In this document: positions 50,913 through 63,740 of the stretch, one piece after another
Position numbering within the stretch: position 1 is the stretch's first letter
Layout: the number at the start of each line of letters is the position of its first letter
DNA from: Mustelus asterias
Taxonomy: Eukaryota
Reading direction: 5' to 3'
Length of the DNA stretch: 64,000 nt
Assembly (NCBI RefSeq): GCF_964213995.1
Contig: NC_135805.1
Location: 122,264,001 to 122,328,000, forward strand
Position numbers and translations under genes: made by a program
The notes under the pieces: generated by a model
The model's database searches: none
The model's input: only the letters and a program-made list of their open reading frames with translations
What the model was told of the DNA's origin: nothing

Positions 50913-51599
50913 GTAAGGAGTGTATAGTAATAGTAGCATTGATTGAAACATTACTGAATGGGATTTAGAGTCTGTTACGTGCTAAATTACAGAGGTCAAG
51001 AAGAACACTTCTGCTATTCTGGTGTACATTAATGATTACCTGGCTTGAGACATTATTAGAGGTCATTTGACTTCATTGCTACACCTCAGTATAGCTGTTA
51101 GGATGGCCAAATATTTGCCTGAATATTATCTTGTGTAGGTTTAAGATTTTGTTTTGTATTTAATTTATATTTATAAATGTTAAACGTGGGAAGCTTATTA
51201 TCTCACCAGTTCTGTTAAAATCCCGAATTACACTTCTGTGTTAATTGCCTTCAGGGTCATTTAAGCTATTTGCAGGAAGATGTTCAATCATTCTGTTGTT
51301 GCCTCATTTTTTACTTTGACGTAATTTCTGATTCTGTTCATTAGGCTTGAAACAGGAATGTCATCCAGTGACATTGATGGAAGCAATTCCAATAAAATGC
51401 AGCGCATCTCATAATTAGGACACTTTATTCAATCCAAGAATGATAACTTGAGACTGGAGCAAAGATAAACTTTATTGGGAACACACAGTGAGATAGTTGC
51501 AGGCTTGGCGCCATCTTATTGCCTGGAGCAGAGCATTGGCACTGCCCACTGGTTGGTGGGTGGGGGGGTGGGGACAACAACTCGCCTTACCACACCAAG

Positions 51600-52312
51600 T
51601 AGTAAAGCAGATTGTAAACTAAATGGTACTATTTTAAAGAAGGAGGACAGAGACCTGGCGGTTCACAAACCCATAACTTTGAAGGTGGTAGAACAAGTTG
51701 ATCAGGTGGTTAAAAAGAGCAGTCAGAGTCTTTACAAATAGAGGCATGAAGTAGGAAGTTTTGCTGAACATTTCACCATTCGCTCAGCCTCAGCTGGAGT
51801 ATTGTGTCCAGTTCTGGATGCCACATCTTTAGTTAAGGCCTGAGAGAATGTGCGTAAATTTAATGAAAATATACCAGAGATGAGAGACTTTTGAGATCTG
51901 GAGCAATCTTTAGAGCAGAGATGGTTAAGGTAAGATTTTTATCAAGGTGCTTAAAATTAAGTCAGTGGGGGTGCGTGGGGTTGGGTTGAGGGATTCAGGG
52001 GGATGCACTTTGATCCAGTAAACAGGGAGAAACTGTTTGTACTGACAGGTGTGTTGGTCACCAGGACAGATAAACTTGTCAAAAGGAGCCAAGGGGAAAT
52101 GAGAAATGTTTTAATAGTCATTTGTTGTGATCCTGTGCTGAATCAATGGAGGGGATGAAGGCAGATTCAATAATAACTCTCATCAGGAACTGGATCAATA
52201 CTTGGCAAAATGGTGCGTGGAAGTGGGGAAAGCACAGGGGACCATGGGACAAATTGGATAGCTTGTTCACGGACACAATGGGCTGAATGACTGTCTTCTG
52301 TGCTGTATAGTT
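51600..52312 (+). mobile_element. Old degenerate CR1 3' part
   Basis: cagctggagtattgtgtccagttctgg (QLEYCVQFW) and a CR1-like tail at ~52275-52310. Confidence 0.75.
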
Positions 52313-53004
52313 TGACCTTTCCAGAAAGCTGAAAATAATTTGGTGAAAGACCCTGATCCAATCTTTAATTCTACCTCAGCATGAAAAGTCCTTGTATTGA
52401 ATTTTTTGTTATTGTTCATTAAAGTCCGAGACATTGTGAGAAAAGACTGCAATCTGAAAATCAAGGTCTTATCAGCAGATGAACCAATCAGCACAATCCC
52501 ATTATACTCACCTGTAGGCAGCATTGATTCAACCTTGGCTTGCAGCCTCTCTACTACTGAAAAAGGTCAAGAACAATGCTAAGGGGGCACCAATCATAGC
52601 CAAGTTTACCTCCCAAGTCTCACATGAACCTGACTTGTCATGTGTGTTGTTGTTCCATCATCCTGGAACTCCTTACTAAACACCAACACGTGAGCAACAT
52701 CACCACGTGATCTGTATTGTTTCCTGAGGTTTCCCCCCTAACTTCTAACTGCAGTTTGGGATGGGCAATAGGTGGCACCCTTGCTCGTGTTAACCCTGTA
52801 GCAAGAGCAAATAAAATAAACTTAATAATGCTAATGGGATGACAGCATTATGCACTCAAAAAGTGGTTCGACATTATAATGTTTGCCTCTGCACATGATA
52901 CAATATTTAAGCAGAATAGAAGCAATGGCTTAATGATTGATTATGTATGATCAGAATATATCCGCAGATGCCCCAGTCTTGGCTCAGTAGTAACATTCTT
53001 ATCT

Positions 53005-53215
53005 TCAAAGAAGAGCAAGGGAGTTCTCCTGGTGCCCTGACTTCAACCACACCGAAACCTGATTATCTAGTCGTTATCATGTTGCTGTTTGTAGGACCTT
53101 GCTATTCACAAATTGGTTTCTGCATTTCCTGCAATAGGGACTATACTTCAAAAGGAAAGCATTTTCAATGTCTAGCGACCATGAAAGGAATACTCTAAGT
53201 GCAAGTCTCTTTCTT
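53005..53215 (+). mobile_element. Deu-domain SINE fragment
   Basis: aagaagagcaagggagttctcctggtg...gttgctgtttgtaggaccttgct...acaaattgg, homologous to 49000-49230. Confidence 0.65.
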
Positions 53216-53290
53216 CAAATAGAATTTTTAGGTTATTTTCAGCTCCTTAAATTATTTTAATTGGTTTCTGGTATGTCATTTTAACTGCAG

Positions 53291-53536
53291 GAACCTGTAT
53301 CTAAATTTTCTGGCAGTCTGTTTGACACAGAAGAAGGTTTTCATCGGAATCGACATATGAGAGCTTTTCTCCACAATAATCAAAAGCAAAGCAAGCCAGC
53401 AAATGCTTCAGGCAACAGCAAACAACAGGTCTGTAAGGTGGAAAACGATGCTGGCAAGGAGAGTCGGTGTCCAGAGCGAACTGAGGGCCAAGCAAAACTA
53501 CTCATATCCACCGCATTCAAAGGAACTTGCACTAAG
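53291..53536 (+). CDS. Putative second linker exon of a long LRRC1 isoform
   Basis: Acceptor ttttaactgcag| and donor AAG|gtagca, 246 nt, phase 0-0, open: EPVSKFSGSLFDTEEGF...LLISTAFKGTCTK. Position and ends resemble the SCRIB (E)PTVHF...K exon, but internal similarity is poor. Confidence 0.5.
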
Positions 53537-54683
53537 GTAGCAAAAAAGTCTCTTTAATTATTTCACAATTAAATGATATCACGTATTTATGTACTTGACT
53601 TGGTTAGCAGCTTTCTTCTCCATAAATCAGAAAGAACTTGATCATCCAACCCAGACTGCCACTGCTGTGTGTTATGGAGGGCATCCGTAAATGTGAAATA
53701 TCATACAGGCAATATCATATATGGAGAGTCTTCATCAGTCTGTGGGAAATGAAGTTGTCTTTGTGTTTTTGTTGTCTTGTAAATACAGCTCTATTGTTCT
53801 GAAGTAGTGGCGAGGGCCATTTAGAAAACATAAATTCTGCAATGTGGTTAGCTTAAAAGTGGGATCTTTCCTTATGTTTATTTCTTTCTACTAACGTAAA
53901 GAAATGATCTGAGACAATAGGAAAAGTCTTTTTACGTTTCCAGGCCTGTGTCCTGTCCTGTGTGGTTTGGATTTAAGTTCTATTTTAACCGCAGGGTAAG
54001 AAATTCCACCTTGGCTTTGAGAGGGGGATTTCCATCTCCTGTGAAAAGTGTAAGTGTGCGATTCATTAAAGGATTTGTAATTTAATCCAGCGGCTACAGA
54101 ACTAGAAAATCCAGACTATTCCACAACCAGCCACAGCATCAGGCAACTAGGATACAGCTGATTTATCTGGGGTGTGGCAGCATCTGCTTGAGCGATTTGA
54201 AATGTGTGAGGGAAGAGACACATCATGGAAACAACCTAATGTGAGGGAGAGAGAGGCATATGGTGGGAGTTATTCAATATTTGGGGAGAGACACGCACAT
54301 ACAAATGGAAGTTATATGAAATAGAAAGCGCGATACATCACAGACGTTATTCAGTATGAGAGACGCATGCATGATTCAATATGTGTGTGAGAGAGAGAGA
54401 GAGAGGGAAAAGCACACACTTGGGACATTGGGAGAGGCACACCATGAACATTATCCAATCTGTGAGACACACATAATGAACAGTATTCAATGTGTGTGAG
54501 GGAGAGAGACGCACATCATGAACAGTATTCAGTGAGAGAGAGAGAGACACACACACACACACACCATGAACAGTATTCAATGTGTGTGAGACACACACCA
54601 TGAACAGTATTCAATGTGTGTGTGAGAGAGACACACATTATGAACATTATTCAATGTGTGAGGGAGAGAGACCCCATGAACAA

Positions 54684-55173
54684 GATGACACCAGGATTGG
54701 TGGAGTAGTGGATGAGGTGGAGGGCTGTTGTAGGCTGCAAAGAGACATAGATAGGATGCAAAGCTGGGCTGAAAAATGGCAAATGGAGTTTAACCCTGAT
54801 CAATGTGCGGTGATTCATTTTGGTAGGACTAATTTAAATGTGGATTACAGGGTCAAAGGTAGGGTTCTGAAGACTGTGGAGGAACAGAGAGATCTTGGGG
54901 TTCATATCCACAGATCTCTAAAGGTTGCCACTCAATTGGATAGAGCTGTGAAGAAGGCCTATAGTGTGTTAGCTTTTATTAACAGGGGGTTGGAGTTTAA
55001 GAGCCGTGGGGTTATGCTGCAACTGTACAGGACCTTGGTGAGACCACATTTGGAATATTGTATGCAGTTCTGGTCACCTCACTATAAGAAGGATGTGGAA
55101 GCGCTGGAAAGAGTGCAGAGGAGATTTACCAGGATGCTGCCTGGTTTGGAGGGTAGGTCTTATGAGGAAAGGT
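54684..55173 (+). mobile_element. CR1 internal fragment (subfamily B), tail missing
   Basis: Nearly identical to 31330-31819. Confidence 0.92.
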
Positions 55174-55588
55174 GTGGTCTTACTATTGTTTTGTACAACT
55201 TCAACAAGACGTCCCAACTCCTGTATTCAATATTCTGACCAATGAAAAAAATGAATGCCTTCACCACTCTGTCCACCTGTGACTCCACTTTCAAGGAGCT
55301 GTGAACCTGTACCCCAAGATCTCTTTGTTCTGGAACTCTCCCCAACACCCAACCATTAACTGAGTAAGCCCTGCCCTGGTTCAACCTACCAAAGTGCATC
55401 ACCTCGCATTTATCTAAATTAAACGCCATCTGCCATTCGTCAGCCCACTGGTCCAATTGATCAAGATCCCATTGCAATCCAAAATAACCACCTTCACTGT
55501 CCACTATGCCACCAATCTTGGTGTCGTCTGCAAACCTACTGACCATGCCTCCTATATTCTCATCCAAATCATTAATGTAAATGACAAA
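55172..55588 (-). mobile_element. CR1 internal fragment (subfamily E), tail missing
   Basis: ORF 55160-55666, similar to 18065-18478. Confidence 0.92.
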
Positions 55589-56392
55589 TGTGTGTGAGAG
55601 AAACACACACCATGAACAGTATTCAATGTGTGTCAGGAAGAGACACACACCATGAACACTATTCAATATCTAAGAGAGAGACATACACACCATGAAAGTA
55701 TTCAATGTGTGTGAGAGAGACACAATAAACAGTATTCAATGTGTGTGTGTGAGAGAGAGATGCACATTATGAACATTATTCAATGTGTGTGAGAGAGACA
55801 CACCATGAACAGTATTCAGTATGAGTGAGAGAGACACACACCATGAACAGTATTCAATGTGTGTGTGTGAGGGACACACACCATGAACAGTGTTCAGTAT
55901 GTACGTGAGAGAGAGACATACTATGAACAGTATTCAATGTGTTTGAGAGAGAAAGTCACACACCATAAATATTATGCAATGTATAAGAGAGCCAGTCAAT
56001 GAACAGTATTCACTGTATGTGAGAGGGACAGACACACACATCATGGGTATTAGTAACTGTTTATGATAAACATATAAGGGTCTGGCACATATAGGATTAA
56101 TGTGGGACTGAATACAGCACTGCCCACACATTGACGTAAGAGAACATATGATCCACATCTAGGTGTCAGTCTAGTGTTGAACAGAGCTGTGTGCACATGC
56201 AAGCATGCAGAAAGCTCCTAACTTGAACTCTTTACTGTATATATGTACATAGTTCTTGTAGTTAATAAATACATGCAGTTAACCTACGTAAGACTATAAA
56301 GACTTCATTAAGACTTTTTGAACAGTATCCAACACCCTGCAACACACATCATGGAAATTATTCAATGTTTGTGAGAGAGTGTGCATGACAAA

Positions 56393-56675
56393 GGGGCGGC
56401 ACGGTAGCCCAATGGTTAGCACTGCCGCCTCACAGAGCCAGGGGCCCAGGTTCGATTTGCGGCTTGGGTCACTGTGTGTGGAGTTTGCACGTTCTCTCCC
56501 TCTCTGCGTGGGTTTCCTCCGGGTTCTCTGGTTTCCTCCCACATTCTGAAGGGCGTGCTAGTTAGGTGCATTGACCTGAACAGATGCCAGAGTGTGGCGA
56601 CCAGGGGAATTTCACGGTAACTTCATTGCAGTGTTAATGTAAGCCTTACTTGTGACTAATAAATAACCTTTAAAA
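56393..56675 (+). mobile_element. V-SINE with a non-CR1 tail
   Basis: Same structure as 13874-14158. Confidence 0.87.
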
Positions 56676-56897
56676 CATAGAGGTTTCATCCTGCCCCTGT
56701 GGAACTGCAACACCCAAAGTGCACTGAGACAGTCTCTATCACACGACAAGGCAGAAATGTAAAATTAATAATGGTAAGCAACAGATAAAATTGAATTCCA
56801 TGTAGTTTAACCATTAAATTAAAAAAAAATGGTGCTCAAGATATTCTTCATATTGAGCTTTGTTTTTGTTGCTGAGAGGGACGAGTGTTTATCCCAG

Positions 56898-56989
56898 GGT
56901 GGAAATGATCTTTGATGGTGAATTTGGCGATTGCTGCTGGAACCAGCAAGGCTTGGACTGTGATGAATGACTGAGCGATTTTGAGGAGG
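56898..56989 (+). pseudogene. Decayed exon equivalent to the SCRIB GVSFDQANNLLIEPARIEEEE exon
   Basis: Acceptor tatcccag|GGT. In that frame LLLEPARL occurs at 56931-56954 but is surrounded by TGA stops. Donor-like |gtaaaa at 56990. Confidence 0.5.
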
Positions 56990-57890
56990 GTAAAATAAAA
57001 TTACTTACACTAGAAACAACATTTCATAAAGTAGGAAGTGAATTGCATTACAGATGTTATGCAAGATGCATATCCCTTTCAGGATAATTATCTAGCTAGC
57101 TTTAGGTGAGTTTGTTCAATGATGGTGAGACAATATTCTCACAGGCAAGGTTTCACATTTTAATGTTTACTTTTCTAAATAAGGAGAAATAATTACAAAT
57201 CAAGCCTGATTTAGAGAAGCAATGTTTAGCGAGTATACTGTTTATTTCAGTTAGGACTTTCTAACTTGAATTCAAATTCCATTATAATTCGCTGGTTTAT
57301 ATACATTTCTTGACTGAATATCACTTTTCCACAAACCTTTTAAAGCATGCACCTACCTAGGTAAAACAGTAAGATGCGTATTTGTGACAAATAGGAAAGT
57401 TAAACTATGATTGATGAGGTGCATAGCCCCATAACGATGGCCACTCAAACAGGATACAGAGGGTGATAGATCAGCCCTCATTACTTCATTCAACTAAAGC
57501 AGGGATTGGTATACTACAGTGCTTTAAGAAGGACTTGACAAACTGGTGAAGGAGAGTGACTTTGGGACATGTTAGGGTTACAGGTTAGTTAAGTTTGTCT
57601 AGTTATGCATCGCAGATGACACTTTTGACTCACTCAGGAATTAGTGCCATTGATGGCTGGGGTGGGTGGTATACAAAGTTTCACTGAGGAGTCAATGGGC
57701 TAGATATAGATTAGACTAATATTAATTCTTTTCTCCTTCTGTTATGTTTGCATTCTCCCCCCCCCCCCCCCCCCCCACCTCACTTTCTGGGGAATCTGTG
57801 ACCACTGGTATTGCAGCTGTGTGTAAACTCTTCACAAAATACATTATCAAAAATAGCGCTAATGCTGATTGTGTTCTCTTTTTTTTAAAG

Positions 57891-57980
57891 CTCAATATTA
57901 CTGTACGCAGCCAGATGGGAAGTCTGGGGATCAGCATTGCTGGCGGGAAAGGGTCGACTCCATACAAAATCAACGATGAA
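57891..57980 (+). CDS. Scribble-type PDZ1 N-terminal exon
   Basis: Strong acceptor ctcttttttttaaag| and donor GAA|gtaagt, 90 nt, phase 0-0. LNITVRSQMGSLGISIAGGKGSTPYKINDE aligns without gaps to recalled SCRIB LTLTILRQTGGLGISIAGGKGSTPYKGDDE. Confidence 0.92.
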
Positions 57981-58451
57981 GTAAGTTTTTTGTAAGTTAA
58001 ACATGATCAAAAAGTATGAAGTTAGTTGACTTACCATCTTGGAGAAAATACTTGCTTCTGATGGTGAATTTTGAAAGATAGTTTTGGATGAATATTATTA
58101 TTGGCAAAGTGGATATACATTGTATTTTTGAGCTGGTTATTCAGAAATATTCCATATTATCAATCGTATTTCCACGGGGGATTTCTAGTTCCCTTAAATG
58201 GAGCTTCTGGAGAAGCTTCATTAACTCGCACCCATAAATCATAATAGGTATGATAGTAATGTGTTGCTTCCTACGTATGACTGAACTCTCACTTCGGAAA
58301 GTTGGTGCAGACTCGATGGGCTGAATGGCCTCCTTCTGCACTGTATGGGTTCAATGATTCGATGGATTCTCCGGAATAATGGGAATTCAGCTGAGTTATT
58401 TATGATTTGTGATTATTGATATTTTATACTAGCTATTTGGAAACATGTCCG

Positions 58452-58565
58452 ATGGGATTTTATGGCCTCACTCATCCTGAAATCCCACCCAAGATCAACG
58501 GATCTTTCCATGGTCCGCCCCTTGCCTGCTCCGATTTCCGTGGCGGGTGGGGTGTGAAATTCCGC
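58452..58565. mobile_element. MITE-like element (inverted copy of 48765-48890)
   Basis: Both copies give similar pseudo-peptides (GIGAGEGQTMERSV and EIGAGKGRTMERSV) on opposite strands. Confidence 0.6.
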
Positions 58566-58797
58566 TGTCATCTCCCAGAAGACTATCTCACTACGGGGGA
58601 TTTCTAGTTCTGTGCTGTCTCTAGAGTTCAAATCAATTGGCCACTCAGCTTGGCTCAATTTTTAAAATCTTTTTAAGATGCTGATGAACCTGCCATGTAT
58701 GAAAAACCTGTTCTTTTGGTTACAGAAGTATTGGCAAACAATTTAAATATTTTTCATGAGAATGGTCGACTATATAAATCACTTATAATTTCAAAAT

Positions 58798-59095
58798 GGG
58801 GGTGACACGGTGGCACAGTGGTTAGCACTGTTGCGTCGCAGCTCTATGGACCCGGGTTAAATTCCAGCCCTGTTTGTGTGGAGTTCGTACATTCTCCCCG
58901 TGTTTGCATGGGTTTTTGCCAGATGTTCCGGTTTCCCCTCTCAGTCCAAGATGTGTGGGTTAGGTAAATTGGTCACGAGTGTGTGTGAATGCGTGAGTGC
59001 CTCTGTGTGTGTTTGTCTTATGATAGACTGGTGTCCTATCCTGCCCAGCGCCCAGTGTCTTTTGGAATAGACTGATTCCCCGTGATGCTGAATTG
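58798..59095 (+). mobile_element. Older V-SINE
   Basis: Head cacggtggcacagtggttagcactg and V-domain gtgtggagttcg.acattctcccc. Confidence 0.75.
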
Positions 59096-60424
59096 GAATA
59101 AATGATTAAGTGAAAGTGAAGTTTCAAAATGTGAGCAACTTCAAGGGCAGGCCTGGAGATTAGAATCCATTTAAACAAATTAAAAGACAATTAAATTTGT
59201 TCAGGAACCCGGTTAAAATTTCTATAATCAACAGCTCCTCAGTGTTTAAACATCGTTTAAGAGCTGATTTTTGTCTTGCTATTATGGAAAAATTTGCATG
59301 GAGGTCCATATGAAGAAAAATGATAGATGGCCTTGCAGTGTGGGAGATACACTTGAGCTTTGACTTGCAATGTTCCCCTGGCAGCACCGAGTTTCAGCTG
59401 ATTTGGTGATGCTGTCAAGGATTTGGTATGCGGGCTTGAATCACAGTGCACCGCGTTTTATGACAAAGAGAGTACCAGTCTCTTTGGAATGTGCTAATTA
59501 TAGTAATCAGCTCCCAATGTGAATGTGACAGTTTTCCGGTGAGCACCGCCCCTTCTGGTTATCACCCATATGTAAAATCGGCACGTCATCAGTTGAAAGC
59601 TTTCTGTTGGAAAAATTAATTGTAATCTTTTTTATTGAATGAGTATTCCTGTCCAGTTAAATTCTGCTGTGTGCATTGGTCACTGCTGCTGCAGATGTTT
59701 TGCAAAGTCATTTTTTGCAATTTGAAATCACAGCAAACAAGTTCTTTAACATGTTTCCATATCCAGTCCACAATTTGAATGAGGAAAATCAATTCTTGAG
59801 ATTGCATCAAATGCAGGCTCAATGATTGATGTATCTGTGCATTCAGTATCCTAGCCCGAATATTTATTGAGAACTGACTCGGAACATGTCTGAAGCCATT
59901 TGTTCCAGTTGCTTCTGCATCCTGAGCGAGATTATCACTGTTAAACCGTCCCGATCCAGGCTGACCGACATGCAATCTCTACTGCACGGGTATCTCTTCC
60001 CATGGCTGTGAAGGTTAATAGTAAGCTTTTTCACTGCTGGATCATGCTCAACCAATCGAGGGGGTATTTGACAGCCTATCCAATCGACAGTCACAAATTA
60101 TTAAGAAAATGATGGGTCTGATTTTAACTCTTTGCAAATGGGTGGGTTTTTGAATAGATTTATATCTGGCTCTTTATTAATTGCTTTCTCTTTTGTGAAG
60201 AAAACATCAGGCAATAGTACTCTGGAATGTTACTGAGCGCAGGGCAGTGTCGATGACACCACATGTTGGTACCAGGTTTCCTTCACAATCAACGTCAATA
60301 TTCCAGTGTTTTCTGATGATCGAAATATCATTACTTAAATAGATGTCCATTCTGCAAGAAGCACCTTTGTTATCCAGCAGTTATATTGCCTGCATTGCTT
60401 GAAGGCATGTGCGCACTGAAGAAT

Positions 60425-60870
60425 AAAATGAAAATACTGTAGATACTGGAAATCTGAAATAAAAACAGAAAATGCTTGATAAGCTCAGCAGGTCTGGCCG
60501 CATCTGTGGAGAGAGAAACAGAGTTAACATTTCGAGTTGAATATGACTCTTCTACAGAAAAAGGAGGGTAAGGAAGAACAAAAAAGGCACATCTGAGATG
60601 AAATAACAATGCTTTGTTTCTTGTGTATAACCATTACCACTTGGTTTGCCTTTTGTTCCCGATATCTTAATCATTTAATCTCTCCCGCCCTGCACCCTAT
60701 TCCAGACTTTCCCTCTTGTTCTACCTCTCCCTTCTCCCTTTGGACAGCATAAATCCTATCACATTTCTTCAGACGTGAAGGAAGATAGAAGGATCACAAT
60801 GGGCACGAAATGCTAACTCCATTTCTCTCTCCACCGATGCTGAGTATTTCCAGCACTTTCTGTTTTTAGT
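60425..60870. mobile_element. Penelope-like element (second family) with inverted terminal repeats and 12-bp TSD
   Basis: TSD GCACTGAAGAAT at 60413-60424 and 60871-60882. 60450-60535 is the inverted counterpart of 60805-60868. Confidence 0.7.
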
Positions 60871-62279
60871 GCACTGAAGAATGACTGCTGTGATCAGCAG
60901 CGATGAGAACTAACCACCGACAAACTCTGAATTATACTGGAACATAAACACCAAGAGGCAAATACCTCAACCTGAATTACTCTAAAACAGATCAGTAGCA
61001 TCCTAAAATGTCGCCTCCACTATTTAGTTAGTTAAGGTATGGTGCAAAAATGAGTAAGCATTCAGTACAATGATGAAGGACAGAGCAACAGCAGGGCAAC
61101 AATAAGCAGAGATGCAGTCAGGAAGCTTGGTGCAGCAAGAACTCATCAACCCCTTCACAAGTATTGCAGCTGAATGAAACATCTTACAGCGGACCCAAAA
61201 CAATATGCTGTACCTGAAGCTGCCATCTTGCACCATGCTCCCATCATTTACCAGTTTAGCAATAGGAGGGGGGTTAATTTAAACAGCCATCGGTAAACCG
61301 AAAGATGTTTTGACTTGTTACTCTTTGTAAGCGGTGACATATTTCCCAACTCCTCAGTTTTGTTGCAATCCAATTTTCTATTAATAACCCCATAGCAAAC
61401 ACGAGTTTGAGGATGAAGTCAAAGTTTAATTTATTTGCACACACTAAAAACGTGAAAGAGGGTTTGCAACATCTCCTTGTATTCTGGTAGGAAAGAGAGG
61501 GTTAGAGAAAAGAAGGATTGACTGTACAGAGACCACAGAGATAAGAAATATTACTTCACATGGTTTCCAGAGTTAAAGTCCAATGAGGTATTCTTTCATG
61601 GAGGCCGGTGGGCTGAAAGTTGATGGTGGATAATACACATTTCTGGTAGTGTTGATTTCATGTGCTGAGATAGGCATGCAGAGATGATTCAGCCTTGTAG
61701 GTTATGGTACAGACTTCCAGCAGAAGCAGGATAGATGACATTAAGTGTCCACCCTGGGCCAGAGAATCAGATGTTAAAAAACAGACTGAACTATGGAGTT
61801 CAGCATGGTAATATTACTTGTCCCAAAAGCAAGAAACCAATGTCACATGAATCCCACCTTACCACCATCTTTGACAGAAGGATGTGTACCCAATGCCTGC
61901 ATTCCAAACGATCTTGGTCATTAAGAATTGAAAGGAAGGTTGCAAGGCTTTTGTCTTAGAAATTAATCCATCCCCTTCTGGCCAGCCTGGGTTATGAAAT
62001 GCAGATGGTCTTTGTACAGCTCACTTTGAGGTTGAGCTGGACAGTTCACAGGGGCCATTAGTGGCTCCTTTGAAATAATGAAGTATGGGTTTTCCTAAAA
62101 CTGCCAAGGGGCTTCTTTTGTTCAGGGGGCCACAACAGCTGAGATCAGAGCAGACAGATGATCAGACATGAAAGCTTCCTGCTCGGTATGGCTCTGCACT
62201 GGCAGGACTCTGTGGTTTGAAATCTCCTGATGGAGATAACTAATCAGAAACTTCAAAATTGAAACTTTGAAATATTTCC

Positions 62280-63740
62280 CTCATCACGTCAGAGCAGCCT
62301 TCTCAAAGGTCAACCCATGGAAAGCGACTGGCCTGGATGGGCTACCTCTCTTTACACCAATCTGAGGTCCCTATCTGCTTCAAGAAGATGGCCATCATCC
62401 CGGTACCAAAGAAAAGCCAGGCAGCATGTCTTAATGACTATTGTCCGGTCGCTCTGACATCCATCATTATCAAGTGCTTTGAAAGGTTAGTCATGGCACA
62501 AATCAATTCCGGCCTTCCAGATTGCCTTTCGCTACAATTTGCCTACCGCTGCAACAGGTCCACAGCAGACGCCATCTCCCTGGCCCTGCACTCAACCCTG
62601 GAACACCTAGATAATAGAGGCACCCATGTCAGACTCCTATTTATTGACTACAGATCAGCCTTCAACATCATTATCCCTCTGAAACTCATCTCCAAATTCT
62701 GTGGCCTGGGGCTCGGCTCCTCCCTCTGCGACTGGATCCTGAACTTCCTAACCTCCAGACCACAATCAGTGAGGATAGGCAACAACACCTCCTCCATGAT
62801 CATCCTCAACACCAGTGCCCCACAAGGCTGTGTCCTCAGCCCCTTGCTATACTCCTTATACACCTATGACTGTGTGGCCAAATTCCCCTCCAACTCGATT
62901 TTCAGGTTTGTTGATGACACCACTGTAGTGGGTCGGATCGCAAACAATGACAAGACAGAGTACAGGAAAAAGATAGAGAATCTGCTGAACTGGTGCGATG
63001 ACAATAATCTCTCCCTCAATGTCAACAAAACAAAGGAGATTGTCATCGACCTCAGGAATGGTAGTGGAGGACAAGCCCCTGTCTACATCAGTGGGGACGA
63101 AGTAGAGTCGAGAGCTTGAAGTTTCTAGGTGTCCAGATCACCAACAACCTCTCCTTATCCCTCCATGCCGACACTATAGTTAAGAAAGCCCACCACCGTC
63201 TCTACTTTCTCAGAAGACTAAGGAAATTTGGCATGTCCACTACGACTCTCACCAACTTTTACAGATGCACCATGGAAAGCATTCTTTCTGATTGTATCAC
63301 AGCTTGGTATGGCTCCTGCTCTGTCCAAGACTGCAAGAAACTACAAAGGATCATGAATGAAGCCCAATCCATCACTTAAACCACCCATTGACACTGTCCA
63401 CACTTTCTGCTGCCTCGGAAAAGCAGCCAGCATAATCAAAGACCTTTCGCACCCCGGACATACTCTCTTCCACCTTCTTGCCTAGGAAAAAAGATACATA
63501 AGTCTGAGGACACTTACCAACCGACTCAAGAACAGCTTCTTTCCTGCTGCCATCAGACTTTTGAACTACCTTGCATTAAGTTGATCTTTCTCTCCACCCG
63601 AGCTTTGACTGTAACACTACATTCTGCACTCTCTCCTTACCTTCACTATGTACGGTATGCTTTGTCTGTATAGAATGCAAGAAACAATACTTTTCACTGT
63701 ATACTAATACAGGTGGCAATAATAAATCAAATCAAAATCA
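62280..63740 (+). mobile_element. 5'-truncated Rex1/Babar LINE
   Basis: ORFs 62337-63119 and 63116-63379: [49 protein letters not shown]. Tail aataaatcaaatcaaaatca. Confidence 0.92.

Larger units (their letters stand above)
54200..56385. repeat. ~36-44 bp minisatellite array (CACACCATGAACAGTATTCAATGTGTGTGAGAGAGA)
   Basis: About 20 recognisable units in 54200-54682 and 55589-56050, plus a stray unit at ~56340. Interrupted by CR1 pieces. Confidence 0.9.

Noticed and set aside
54200-56050. CRISPR-like appearance of spaced palindromic repeats
   Set aside because: The spacers are slipped CA/GA dinucleotide runs rather than unique sequences, the context is eukaryotic, and there are no cas genes.
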